Assembly (NCBI GenBank): GCA_946965045.2
Contig: OX337232.1
Span: 1-64,000 of the forward strand
Reading direction: 5' to 3'
Length of the DNA stretch: 64,000 nt
DNA from: Epithemia pelagica
Lineage: Eukaryota; Protista; Bacillariophyta
Part shown: positions 45,752 through 57,901 of the stretch, piece after piece
Position numbering within the stretch: the stretch's first letter is position 1
How the letters are laid out: the number at the start of each line of letters is the position of its first letter
Program-made: the position numbers and the translations under genes
Notes under the pieces: model-generated
Told to the model about the DNA's origin: nothing
What the model saw: only the letters and a program-made list of their open reading frames with translations
Databases searched by the model: none

Positions 45752-46852
45752 TTACTTGGTGGAAACTTTTCCAATAGACAACAAACCAGCAAATAGCCAA
45801 CTGTTCTTGTCCACTAGTGAAAGTGTTTGAAATGTGTCTCTCGCCGAGCCATCTTCAGTCATGACAGCAATGCCATTCGACAAGGCAACCATGTTACAAC
45901 AAAACTTACGCTCCAACGCGTTCGGAAGTTCCCAAACCATATTGTTCACGGTATCCAAAACTTGGACCGTACGTTGAGACCGGTATTTGTAACCTGTTGT
46001 CGCAATGAGACAGGAGCCCACTTGGACTAGAGCAAGAATATCAGCAACGCTGTTCAGACGAAGTTTTTTGTGGATCGTCCAAGATCTGGTGGTCGATGAC
46101 ACCACAGATGTTGCAGCATTCGGTGATGAGTCGTTGAATAAGTCATGCAAGTCAAGATATTCCACAGAGCTCTTAAAAATACCACCCACAACATAAATGC
46201 GTGCACCAACCACACCCATTCCAAAACAACAACGAGATTCTTGCAAGGAGGGTCCAGATATGATCGAACATGGATTGCCGGATGCTGTGTCAATAATTTC
46301 AACCAGTGATAAGTTGCTCATTGGGCTAAAGCTCCTTCGTCCTCCCGCCACCACAATAAATCTACCATGTACAACAGCCGCGGTGCAGTCGAAGCGTGGC
46401 GTAATCAAACGAAAATCAAGTTTCTTCCATCCAATCGTGTCGTTGATGGAAGCTGACGACGAGTGCACCAAGTCCTCGACTTCGATACGTTCAATGGTAT
46501 CCAATGGAGAGGAACCATTGTCTCCACCAATGACGTAGATAGCGTTATTGCAGAATACCGACGCAGGAGAATATCGGTTTTCATGCATACATGGCCCTTC
46601 TTGCCACTTTTGGTTTTGAACATTGAAACAAACAACTGAATTACATGGGACGTAATTTGGTATGTCACATCCTCCCAACAGTACCACAATCTCCTCGCCT
46701 GCTGGACGACGTACAACAAGAACCGACCCATTGAAAAACCCACGTTTTCCGAGATAGGGAGGCCATCCATTTGGCCTCAGTTTTGGTTTCTTTTGGTCTT
46801 TGTCATCAGCAAAGACTAATCCAGACTTAAACGCTTGCTTATGGATCTCCAT
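45752..46852 (-). CDS. Kelch-repeat protein K6
   Basis: Intact 366-aa frame with kelch motifs. Confidence 0.85.
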   Translation of the reverse strand: MEIHKQAFKSGLVFADDKDQKKPKLRPNGWPPYLGKRGFFNGSVLVVRRPAGEEIVVLLGGCDIPNYVPCNSVVCFNVQNQKWQEGPCMHENRYSPASVFCNNAIYVIGGDNGSSPLDTIERIEVEDLVHSSSASINDTIGWKKLDFRLITPRFDCTAAVVHGRFIVVAGGRRSFSPMSNLSLVEIIDTASGNPCSIISGPSLQESRCCFGMGVVGARIYVVGGIFKSSVEYLDLHDLFNDSSPNAATSVVSSTTRSWTIHKKLRLNSVADILALVQVGSCLIATTGYKYRSQRTVQVLDTVNNMVWELPNALERKFCCNMVALSNGIAVMTEDGSARDTFQTLSLVDKNSWLFAGLLSIGKVSTK

Positions 46853-47649
46853 AATGTATACTGAACCAATTCAATGTGGCTAACGTCCCTGCCAGTCGAT
46901 TTTGCTTGTCCACACTTTCGAACGAAAGCGAGCATGAGTGATTCCAACGAACGGGTAGATTTTGTGATGGTAGTCTGCTCTCGTTTCGACAGCACAATGG
47001 ACCAACTGACTGAAGGATGATGTTGTGGTTCTCGAACCACCACGACCGATCCATCCATATCCCTCATCCGTGCTGGAGTCGGACAGACAGGGCTCGTCCC
47101 ACGTTCACTCAAGGTAAGACCACTGAGTCGTTGACTATTGTGTCCACGCGAGAGGTGCGAAACACTGTTCACGAAGAGAAATTGACCGCAACGGAATTCA
47201 CGTTCGTCCACCAAACAGCGAGATTTTTGGACCCTCCAAGCTCCCAATCCAATCGAGGCATATCGTTTGCCTCAGACAACCGAAACCAAATAAATGATGA
47301 TGACAAAAGCACAAGCGATGACGCGACCACAACGCGATGTGATGGGATGCGTGTGAGTGTGAAGATGCAGTATCACACAGTTTTCTTTCTCGGCCGATAG
47401 AAGAACCAATTCAAGTCCATCCGAACATGCCTGCTGTAGTCATCACATGGATGCGCAACGAGTGTAGTAAAAAAGTGACCGGTAAAGACAAACATGAACC
47501 GCAAAAGTGAATTCTTTTTTCTTTCTTTCTAATTGTAGCACAGTGAAATATAGCGGTCCATCCGAACATTGGCGGAGGACCTCAATTGAAACGTATGGTC
47601 ACATCATATGAGTGAGCCGAACGATGACAATCCCGGTGTGTGTTCATGG

Positions 47650-48738
47650 TTATTTGGAGGGAATTTTCCCAATGGATAGCAAACGAGTAAATAGCCAACT
47701 GTTCTTGTCCACAAGCGACAGTGTTTCAAAAGAGTCGCTCGAACCATAACCATTCATGGCAACAATACCATTCGATAAGGCAACAATGCTACAACCAAAT
47801 CGGAGTTCGATCATGTTGAGAAGCTCCCAGGAACTATTGTTCACGGTATCGAAAATCTCCAGCGAAAGTTTGGTCCCGGCAAAGTAACCTCCTGCTACCA
47901 CGAGACAGGAGCCCACCTGCACTACTGCCACATGTGTCTTTCGGCGCGAGCTCAGATACACACTGTTGTGTCTTTTCCACGACTTGCTCACAGAAAACAC
48001 AGATGTTGTACAACTCGGTGAATCGTCCAACAAGTCATCAAAGTCCAGGTATTCTACGGAGCGCAAAGATGTCCCACCCACAGCATAAATGCGATGACCA
48101 ACCACGGCCATTCCAAAACAACGACGAGCGACCTCTAAGCATGGTCCAGGAATGATCGTACATGCATTTCCCGATGCTGTATCAATAATTTCAACGGATG
48201 AGAGATTGTCCTGTAGAAAATGACACCGTCCTCCCGCCACCACAATAAATCTATCATGTACAACAGCTGCGGCACAGTCGAAGCGTGGAGTGCGCAAACG
48301 GCAATCCACTGTCTGCCATCCATTTGTACCGTTGCTGGAAGCTGACGGCGAACGCAACAAATCGTCGACTTGGATACGTTCAATGGTGTCCTGTGCAGAG
48401 CGACCGTTGTATCCCCCAATGACGTAAATAGCGTTATTGCATAGTACCGACGCAGGACGTGCTCGTTTTTCATGCATACAGGGTCCTTTCTGCCACTTCT
48501 TGCTTTGGACATTGAAACAAACAACGGAATTGAATGGGAAGCAAGTTGTTGTGGCACATCCTCCCAACAGGACCAGTATCTCCTCGTCTTGACAACGACG
48601 TACAACAACCGACCCATGGGTAAACCGACATTCTCCGAAACATGGAGGCCATCCAGTTGGTCTCCATTTCGGTCGCTTTTGGTCTTTGTCATTGGCAAAG
48701 AGCAGTCCAAACTCGAACGCTGTCTTTTGGATCCCCAT
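47650..48738 (-). CDS. Kelch-repeat protein K7 (ORF extends to 48798)
   Basis: Intact frame from MGIQKTAF to IGKIPSK with kelch motifs. Confidence 0.85.
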   Translation of the reverse strand: MGIQKTAFEFGLLFANDKDQKRPKWRPTGWPPCFGECRFTHGSVVVRRCQDEEILVLLGGCATTTCFPFNSVVCFNVQSKKWQKGPCMHEKRARPASVLCNNAIYVIGGYNGRSAQDTIERIQVDDLLRSPSASSNGTNGWQTVDCRLRTPRFDCAAAVVHDRFIVVAGGRCHFLQDNLSSVEIIDTASGNACTIIPGPCLEVARRCFGMAVVGHRIYAVGGTSLRSVEYLDFDDLLDDSPSCTTSVFSVSKSWKRHNSVYLSSRRKTHVAVVQVGSCLVVAGGYFAGTKLSLEIFDTVNNSSWELLNMIELRFGCSIVALSNGIVAMNGYGSSDSFETLSLVDKNSWLFTRLLSIGKIPSK

Positions 48739-49716
48739 GATGTATCCCGGACCAATGTAAACTGTCCTTGCCTCTGTAGCAGAGTGTATCGTTTCCAACG
48801 AACGTCACAGCCAGTCGATAGTGGTTGTCCCACGTTCCAACGAAACCAAGAAAGAGCTCACTCCAACGAGCGGGTATATTTTGAGATCGTACTTTGCTTT
48901 CGTACGCATGACATCCAAATGCTGGAGACTCGGAACTACCACGACCCAACCTCCTCCACCATCCAACACACGCACAAAGAGCTCGTTGACGCACATCGTG
49001 AAGTAAACCTCCCACGGTCGTGGAACCACCAAAGAAACGAGGAGGTGCGAAACTCGCTTCTCTCCATCCGTACCGTGCTGGACCCACGAAGGACTGCATT
49101 CCCGGGTTCCATGGGCACACAGGATTAGCTCGTTGACGCGCATCGGGAAGGATCCTCCTCCCACGGTCGTGGAACGACCCAATAAAAAAGGAGCTGCGAA
49201 ACTCATGTCTCTCCAACCATACCGTGTTGGGACCAAGGAAGGAGAATTCCCGGTTTCCCTGTGGACCACCACACACACGGTACTAGAGAACATCCTTTCA
49301 GGGCCATGATTTGGGAAGAAGGCGTACCGTTGGCCAACCGTCCAGATTCCAATCGAGGCATATCGCTGCCCTGATGAGCACCGCGCAACCCTTGGTTCGG
49401 TAATGACACACACACACACATGTCCCACACTACTAGAGAAATGGTTCGACGGCGCCATGGCCGACGGCACTTTTCCAAGGCGCAACTCGAGAGTGGCAAG
49501 GAGAAAGGATCTCGGGGAGGGACCGTGGCAGTGGATTCTTGGTTTGATTTGTGGTGATGATTTTGGTGGTGGTCCATATTTATCGTGGGACGATTCTCCT
49601 CTTTGGGGAGGACCGTCTCGGCAACCAAAGAAAAGCGGAACCCAACCCACGGTAGTGATTTGGGGGATTCCATACCGCAAAACACCAACAAACAGAAAGG
49701 CCTTGCGTCTCGGCGG

Positions 49717-51452
49717 TTACGACGACGAAACACAGGTGTAAACGAGGCATTGCAGAGCCTCTTCGGCCAAGCCGTTGCAATGGGCCAGCCACAAAGGATC
49801 CTCCTTTGTAGGGTGGTGGTGGTGGTGATGGGTCTCGAGGGCTGTGGACGAGATAAGTGTCTCGGATTCGACCCTGGACGACTCAACTCCCGCTGGGGTA
49901 TCCGTTTCGTTTCCTTGTTTTAGTGGTGAGACATGTGGTGGTGGTGGTGGTTGTGGATGGGGTGGATCGTGTGGCAGTAGCACCGAGTTGCTGGCACAAT
50001 CTTTGGGAGTATTCGGGGACAAGGATGGCACCACCACTTCCAGTCCATCGGGACCCACCTCCACGGACAGACAAGACGAGGAGGAGGAGGAGGACCCTGA
50101 CGATGACACGCCGTTGGGTGGTTCCACGGTGTTCGGGACGACATGTCGTCGTGTCTCGTGGCGTTGTGGTGATGGTGGTGGTTCCTGGTGCTCCCAACGA
50201 CTCGTCGTACTGCGACAAGGACCAGGAGGATCTTGGGTCCGAGGCTGGTGCTCCGGGTCGTGCTCCACGGTAGGAGAAGCGGAATTAGCAGTGTTCGGCT
50301 CTGGTTCTTGTTTGTGGTTGTGAGTGCTGGTCGTACACAAGAGCAAGCGTGCCATGTGCCATCCTCGAGCACCCCGACGACGATGGGTACAACGACCACT
50401 AGTTGTTGTTGTTGTTGTTGTGGTTGTTGGTACGGTTGTTGTTGTGGATTGCGTTTTGGAAGTGGTGGTTGTTGGTAGCAACGAGGAAGCATGGTGGATC
50501 ATGGAACAACTCGGGTCGTCATGGTCCTTTTCGTTTGTCAAGAATTGTCGTGGTACAACGCCTCGGGTACCAGCTGCACTTGGCATATTTTTCGTGGCAA
50601 CCGTCGTGCAAGGAGTGACACTCGTGGTTCGGGCACCCATCACGGAGTGGCTAGTGGTGGTGCCCTCATTGTTGTCCTTGTCCTGGGTGGTGAGCATGGC
50701 TGCGGCTCGGGCGGGGGACAGTCCTGGTACTAATGATTGTGGGAGAGTCTCGTCCTCCTCTTTGGTGGCAGTCTCCAACGAGACACGTCGTGGTGGTAGT
50801 GGCTTGGGTTCCGAGTCCTCGTACTCCATCATGATGAACTGCTGCCCGATTCCTTGGCAACCGCCAGACTCGTTTGCGGTCCATTTGTTTCGTCTTGTTC
50901 TTCTTGTTGTTGGTCTAGTGCTGTTACTGCTGCTGGTCGTGGCGGCCAGGGATAGGGTGCCAAATCGGCGCGGCAAAAGGGACCGGGGGGAGGCAGGAGT
51001 GCGGCCGGATGGGGCAATTTGGAGGGTTGGCGAGGGGCAATGGCATACAATCGTTGATACTGTTCCTTGTGCGTCAAAACGACACGAGTGGTGGGCACAA
51101 CCGAACCCGTCGAGGCGAGTGAGGAGACTTCGGAATGTGCATCAGGATCACTGTCATCCTGATTCATTGTTGTCGTTGGAGCGTCCTCCATGCGAGTACT
51201 GTGGTTGTGTTTGTTGGTCCATTCGACCATTCGAGGAATATCGTCCTTCTCGTCGTCATTGTCCAGCTCGAGTTGCTCGGTCGATTGGACCGACACGACG
51301 AGACCAGCGGGCGAAACGACGGGTAGAAGGGGCCAGGGCGTGGTGGAAGACAGCGATACCAACATGGTGGTGGTGCATCCAGGACTTGGGAATCGTTTTG
51401 TTGTGGTTGGCTCGTTGGGCATCAATCGTACCCAGACTTTCCGGCAAAGCAC
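49717..51452 (-). pseudogene. Low-complexity gene split across two frames; carries an HSEVSSLASTGS motif
   Basis: ORFs 50829..51452 and 49717..50976 overlap in different frames; the motif recurs near 31050 and 34160. Confidence 0.35.
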
Positions 51453-52810
51453 CTCTGTGGCGCAAAATTTTCAAGGGGTGGGTTCCGGCGAGCGAGGCCC
51501 GACGGGCGACTGGCACATGGTGCAACGTATGTGACGGGCGCGGCACATGACCGTGTGACAGGCTGGTTTAAACATGCCATACATGTGCAAGTCGGCACTG
51601 ATACCAAGACCAAACGAGTCGCGAGGCGAGTCTGAATGGTGGTCGACGCTCCACTGGTTGTGGAAACCATTCTTGACGACCCAAGGACGTTGTCTTTTCA
51701 TCACCCAACCAAACAAGCCGTCCTCGTCTCTCTCTCTCTCTCTTTTTTGGAATCTCTGGATCGTTCTTGGTCAGGTGATTCTTGGGTGTCTTGAAGAAAC
51801 ACGGATCAGGCACCGGCAGTTTCAGGATTCGACGCGACGGTCCAACCGAGCCCGGCCACCACAACCACCACCCTCTAGGAGCCTCTCGTCTCCTGGAGAA
51901 GCGACTCGTTCATGCCGTAGGGACTCGCGTTCCCCACCAGGTGGTGTTGGGAGCCGCCGCCTTGAGCTGGAACGACACTGCGCGAGACGAACGAGTTGGG
52001 GGGCATTTGCGGTTGGTTCTCGTTGGTCAGTGTGCACACACAGACGTACCAGGGAATCTTGCCAGTGTGGTGGTGGTGTGGCGGACAGATAGAGTGACAC
52101 GACAACAACAACAACATCCAAACGAACAACCACAACAAGGCCAGTCCACCAACGACAAGCCGATTCCACCACACAAAAGGCCCCCGAACGAGAAACCGAT
52201 TCGTGGGTCTGGACAATGACGACAATGGGGTGAGACACAAGACATTGGTATGAAACGTAGAACCATCATCCAGTCGGATTCCCAACACAATCGGCAGTCC
52301 TGCGGAGAAGGCTCCCAAAAGCATATCTTTCTCTCTGTGGCGTCCGAATACAAGTTTGGAAGAACGCTTCCGAGGCGACCCACCGAATCTTGGTCCAAGT
52401 TCATTGTCATCCGGCAAGAGGGTATCGTCGCTCCTGAGTTTGGATTCAACCATTGTAGAACAGAAGGAACGCTTCAAGACGAGACAATCGACTCCATGAC
52501 ACTTGACGCGTCTTTCCTCTCCCCGTGCTGTAATGAAACCAACACCAGAAGACGTTCTAGAGAATCGAGGAGGGCTGCCAGACGTTGCTCCCCCCAAGAA
52601 GAGAGACTGCTGAGTATGGGTTCTCTGGCTCGAGTAAGAAACCTTTGTTCCACTTGGCACACATCCTGCCATGTGCGATTCGGAGAGGAGAGGTGAACTC
52701 CAGTGCCACGTAGACGCAGCGGATGGGGAAGGACAGACATGTGCGATGCGGACCAGTGATTGACGCCTAGAGGATTTCCGGTGAACTCGCCACACGCCAA
52801 AACACAAACC

Positions 52811-53596
52811 ATGACGACCCGAATCACCATGGCGGATCCTTGTCCTTCCCAAGACAAAACACCACTTGTTCAGTTTGAGTTGGTTTTCACTCGTAATGGG
52901 AAAACTTGTAGCATGCCTCCGCCCTTGTTGAATCGATTTCCTGACACGGAACTAGCCAAAATGGCTCTTTTTATGCCTTAAATTGGGGTTTCGTCAGACT
53001 ACGAATTTGAATGCATGGAATATATGTTGGAGTACATGCGTGATGGCAAAGTGATGATTCCCTATGACAGTCTTGTGACCAAAGAAGCCTTGTTGACAGA
53101 GTTCAAAAAGCAAGGATTTGACAATATGAACTGTAACTTGTCCAATGCCATTCACGTTGCTCTCTTTCCGGAACTCCAATCGACGGTAGTGTCTGTCGTC
53201 GATTCCATCCAACGCGTTCATTCCTTGGAACAAGACTATGAAGCACGACTCCAGGACATGGATCAAGAAATCGAGGACATGCACTACAAACGCCAGTGCA
53301 TGGCATTGGCCTTTTATCTATTTCGGGAATACAAGAAAACCAACAGTTTCCAGAGTCGCGTTTCGGAAGAGGACATTGGACAGGACCTGTTTACTTGCAT
53401 GGGATTTCTGTTTCTCAAGCTACGAATGTTGGACATTACCAAAACCACCAATTACAATCGACCTGCATCCTTGGAACGGTTTCATCATGCATGTTTGGCG
53501 CACTTTGGCCTCCAGTACAAGAATGTTGATGACAAGCATGTTGATGTTTTGGGAACGGGCAGTGTGATGATCACTCTGGAAAAATATGTCCAGTAA
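52811..53596 (+). pseudogene. KCTD-type BTB/POZ protein B1 with in-frame TAA at 52979-52981
   Basis: PLLNRFPDTELAKMA..P*..MEYMLEYMRDGKVMIP; both ORFs are in the same frame. Confidence 0.7.
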
Positions 53597-53969
53597 AATG
53601 TCCAAATGAACTTGGTAAAAAGGGCACACCTAGCATGGAGGAAGAATAGGCACCATGTAAGTCTGCTTCGAGGGACATGGAACGAGTCTATCGATTTGCT
53701 GAACTATTAAAAAATTGATTCGTGCCAAACTATTTACTCTAGGAACACGGATGTTCACCAGTCATTCACAGCGTGTCGTTGAAGGGGTGGATGGGAGGAC
53801 AGACCAATCAATGACGTCCATTCCTGCCAGGTTTTGAGGTGAACCCCGACGACAGGCACAAAAGAACGGAGCGTTGCGGATTTTCGGGGAAAGCCCATTC
53901 CAGTTGTTCCAAAACGAGAATCCCAAACGCCTTGTCTGTTTTCCTATCAAAACAAAGAGACCACGTACC

Positions 53970-54659
53970 ATGAAGGCTTATCAACGTTGCGCTCTGTATA
54001 CAATTGGTAACAAGACTTTCAGTGTCGAAAGGGACTTGTTGGAGCGCTTTCCGGAAACCCAACTCGCTCAGAGGGCTTCACGAGCAACTGCCCTCATTTC
54101 TTCGTTGATGCCACGCAATTTGCCCGAGTGTGATGCTGACCACTTCCCGTATGTTTTGGACTATATGCGACATGGAAAAGTGGTGCTCCCAACCAACGCC
54201 GCCGTGACCAAAGAGACGCTGTTGAAGACTTTTAAAATACTTGAATTTGACAACACGAACGATATCTTGTCCACTGCGATTCAAGTCTCTCCCTTTCCAC
54301 TATCCGTCGTGGATTCCGTGCAGTATCTATTTTCTTTGGAAGAAGCCTGTGAAGAGCGTGTCAAGGCCATTGACGAGGAAATGAAGAAATTGCAATACAA
54401 ACGCGATTGTACGACATTGGCCCTGTTTCTGTTTCGAGAATACAAGAAAACCAACAAACTGGTGATCCGAGTTGTGGAATCTCAGGCCGGTAAGGATGTG
54501 TTTATGAGTATACCCAAGATTCTTTTCAATCAACGAAAAGGTGCGCTGGAGACGTTTCAAGATTGTTTGGCGTTCTTTGGCTTGGTGTACAAAGACATTG
54601 CACAAGAAGCACAAGGATCGAATATCTTTTCAATCTTTTTGGAAAAATTTGTACCCTAG
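53970..54659 (+). CDS. KCTD-type BTB/POZ protein B2
   Basis: YTIGNKTFSVERDLLERFPETQLA..DADHFPYVLDYMRHGKVVLP is a T1-type BTB; family-specific C-terminal domain follows. Confidence 0.85.
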   Translation: MKAYQRCALYTIGNKTFSVERDLLERFPETQLAQRASRATALISSLMPRNLPECDADHFPYVLDYMRHGKVVLPTNAAVTKETLLKTFKILEFDNTNDILSTAIQVSPFPLSVVDSVQYLFSLEEACEERVKAIDEEMKKLQYKRDCTTLALFLFREYKKTNKLVIRVVESQAGKDVFMSIPKILFNQRKGALETFQDCLAFFGLVYKDIAQEAQGSNIFSIFLEKFVP

Positions 54660-56201
54660 CTCACCCATTACAATAAGATGAGACATGATATTCAAGTCGT
54701 TTTGTTGACGTCCTACTGTTGGTTTCCTGTGACAAGTAGAGCTCATTGGGTATCCGTCTGTGGTTGTGTGTGGCCAGCACCGAAACGATGGAACTGTGGG
54801 CGACGACATACATAGCGATGTGGAGTGGAACCGCGAGTGACACACACGATACAACCAGTACAAGTACCAGCCACAACGACATGTTCAAAGCCAGCAGTGA
54901 TGGGATGGGAAACAAGGAGTATTCGATTGACGTGTTAACAAAAGGCAATGGCGGAGCAAACACCCATACAGAAGTCGGATGGGGGACACGAACAGAGATG
55001 CAGTCCAAAGCGCCACTGTCTCATATCGAGGATCCCTTCTCACCAGCAAGCCTTTGTTCCGCGCATGAGGGATGCCAAGCTTTTTTTGTTGAGGGTACTC
55101 ACAAAAGTCGTTCTGTGGTGAAGTACAACTGTCCGACTAGTAGAAACGGCGATACCAATGGATTCATCCTAGAACGTGTCTGGAATCTGGAACGAGAGAG
55201 AAATTCGACAACTTGTGGTGGAACCCACATTCGAATCGAGAAGAGAATGGTTTTTTTGTGTATTTCGGAAAACGTGGGTTCATTCTGGAAAATAATTTGT
55301 ACGACTCCCCGGGCGTTCGACCATGGCGCCTCGCTCGCGATGGATTTTTCAATGCCTGCCCGCGACAGTCAGTCGTGGATGCACGGTCTCCGATCCTACA
55401 AGGAGTCCTTCCGTCGCTCGTCGTTGTGTATCGGACATCGTCATGTAACGACGAGAATGGAGTGGTGAGACAAACACAAGACATGTGCTGCAACACTACC
55501 AACCGTAGAAACATCATTGGATCCACAACAATCATTGACAGCGCTGCGGAGAACGCCTCCAAAAGGCATCTATCCGTTGCGTCCGAGTGATACGTTATGG
55601 AATACGAAAGAGGTGGATCCGACATGGCAGTGTCATTCTTGGGTTGCAATCCTTCGCTTCTACCATTCCAGAACAGCAGGAACAATACAAGAGACGATTG
55701 GCACCCTGGGTCTGTCCTCTCCCCGTATTCGAAAAGGTATCGTCATTCTTGGGTTGCAATCCTTCGCTTCCACCATTCTAGAAGAGCAGAAACGATACCA
55801 GAGATGATTCCGCAGAAGGATCCGTCCAAAGAAGAGAGTGGGCGTCGGACTCGAGCTCTTTTCCCCAGTCAGACGTTCTCTGGGATGGGAGGACCGACTG
55901 GGGAATCCTGTCTGGTTTTTGAAGTGAACTACTCGAACCAACGAAACACATGGAGCGTTGCGGATTTCCGGGATTCCAAACGAGAACTACAGTGCGCAAA
56001 AGTCCGAGCCACACGTTTGTTCGTGAGCCATTAGTCGAGAACCACCACCAAAGAACCACAGCCACAAACGCACGCAACACCAGCGATCTTTGGTGCCACA
56101 TATTGTTGGAGCACCAGAACCACGGAATCCCAAACGCATCCAGCAAATGACCCACTCTGTTCCATCATATCCAAAGAGAAAACAATCACTCACCAACAAC
56201 A

Positions 56202-56663
56202 ATGGATGCAGCGCCTAAGAACCCCAACAAGAAACGCCGTGCTGCGAGCGCTTCGAATGTCTCTCCCTTTCCCCAAACCGAAACTGCTTCTTCCATTCTC
56301 AACTCGGTCGAACTTCTTCATTCATTGGAGCAAGTCTTTGAAGAACGACTCAAGACCACGCGTCAAGAGATTGAAGATATGGAATACAAACGCAAGTGCA
56401 TGGAACTGGCCCTTTATCTCTTTCGGGAATACAAGAAAACCAACAAGCTGGAGATTTTCGTTTCGAAAGAAGACGTGGGACATGACATGTACGCATCCAT
56501 TCCAAGAATTTTACTTCATCTATCTCCTGATGATCATTGGTACTGTCGACCACGACGTGTATTGATGACGTTTTCTCAAGACTGTTTGGCGTACTTCGGT
56601 CTCAAGTACAAAGCCTTCTGTCGGAGAGACAAGAAGATCACTCTTGAAAAACTTGCCAAGTAG
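56202..56663 (+). CDS. B3: C-terminal family domain only, no BTB
   Basis: SLEQVFEERLK..YKRKCMELALYLFREYKKTN..DCLAYFGLKYK matches the C-terminal half of B1, B2 and B4-B7. Confidence 0.65.
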   Translation: MDAAPKNPNKKRRAASASNVSPFPQTETASSILNSVELLHSLEQVFEERLKTTRQEIEDMEYKRKCMELALYLFREYKKTNKLEIFVSKEDVGHDMYASIPRILLHLSPDDHWYCRPRRVLMTFSQDCLAYFGLKYKAFCRRDKKITLEKLAK

Positions 56664-57172
56664 ATAGAACAAAGGGACGAGGAAAAGGTACACAAAGTCA
56701 TTGTGGATTCTGCGGATTAAGTACGACGTGAGCTTGCTTACTGATACTACCGAATCCGTCTGATTGTTTGATAAATCTGGATATTGTGAAGGTCTGCTAG
56801 CATGCCCTCTTCTGGTAAGGAAATCGCACTGGGGAGACGGCTCCTAGAGGCACTTCTATTATCTTTTATCTATATGTTTGCTCCTTGACAGCATGTAGCG
56901 TCATTGTTGGTGTTGCGGATCGTCGTGCTCCTGCTGCCACAGAGGTGGAAGGGAAAGAAAGTTCACGTGCGTACCAGTGAGGTTTTGAGGAACCTTGACA
57001 GAAGTTCACGGCGTGAAGCGTGTACCAGTCTGTTTTTTTGGTTTGTTTTTCGTGAACCGCGACGGCGAAGGAACCGCACAACGCATACATATAGCGCGAT
57101 TGGGATTTTCGGGAAAGCACGGTGTTCCAGCTCCTAAGTCGTATTCCTCAACAGAGCAACAGACAACGTAGA

Positions 57173-57901
57173 ATGAGGTTTACGACACTGATTATCTCCT
57201 TTCTAGTCGGTCCAAAACAACGTTCCCGAGTAGAACTGTCTAGGTTGGATCACCTTCTGGAAACCCAACGCTCTCTGCTTGCTGCCGGACGAATGGATCC
57301 CCCTTGGTTTCCTTCTCCAAGGAGTTCCATGGATGACGATCGATTTCAGGATCTGTTTGATTTCTTGCGGGATGGCAAAGTGAAGCTCCCCCACGACAGC
57401 ACCGTCACCAAGGAAACGTTGTTGAACGAGTTGCAATATGATGGATTGGACCAGAATGCAACCGATATCATGTTGTCGAAGGCCATTGAGGTTTCCTCTC
57501 GTCCGTCTCCTCCTCCTGAGGTTTACGCCGTCGAAGCGGTCGATTATCTCTATTCGTTGGAACAAGCCTGTGAAGAGCGTATCAAGGAACTAGACGAGGA
57601 ACAGTACCCTTTTGAATACAAGCGCAATTGTGAAAAACTGGCTCTCTATATCTTTCGGAAATTCAAGGAAACGAATAAATGGAAGATTCACGTGGACAAG
57701 TATGACGACAAGGATTTATTTGTGATTCTTTCAGCTACAGTGAACGATCGACCAAAGGGTTTTGAGAAGTTCCATCACGACTGTTTGGCACACTTTGGCT
57801 TGGCGTACAAATTTATTGAAAATCAATCCAGTAGCTACCCGAGCAAGTTTATTATAACATTGAAGAAAGTTCGTGGAAAAGACAAAGGGAGATTGGAATG
57901 A
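57173..57901 (+). CDS. BTB/POZ-like protein B4
   Basis: DDDRFQDLFDFLRDGKVKLP..LLNELQYDGL plus the family C-terminal domain. Confidence 0.8.
   Translation: MRFTTLIISFLVGPKQRSRVELSRLDHLLETQRSLLAAGRMDPPWFPSPRSSMDDDRFQDLFDFLRDGKVKLPHDSTVTKETLLNELQYDGLDQNATDIMLSKAIEVSSRPSPPPEVYAVEAVDYLYSLEQACEERIKELDEEQYPFEYKRNCEKLALYIFRKFKETNKWKIHVDKYDDKDLFVILSATVNDRPKGFEKFHHDCLAHFGLAYKFIENQSSSYPSKFIITLKKVRGKDKGRLE

Noticed and set aside
51875-52852. 325-aa - strand ORF and the 240-aa ORF at 54746..55468
   Set aside because: No recognisable motifs, atypical composition, no paralog support in the window.
55630-55803. About 65-bp direct repeat upstream of B3 and a 40-bp tandem pair at 18165-18249
   Set aside because: Only two copies each, no terminal or target-site features; likely local slippage duplications.
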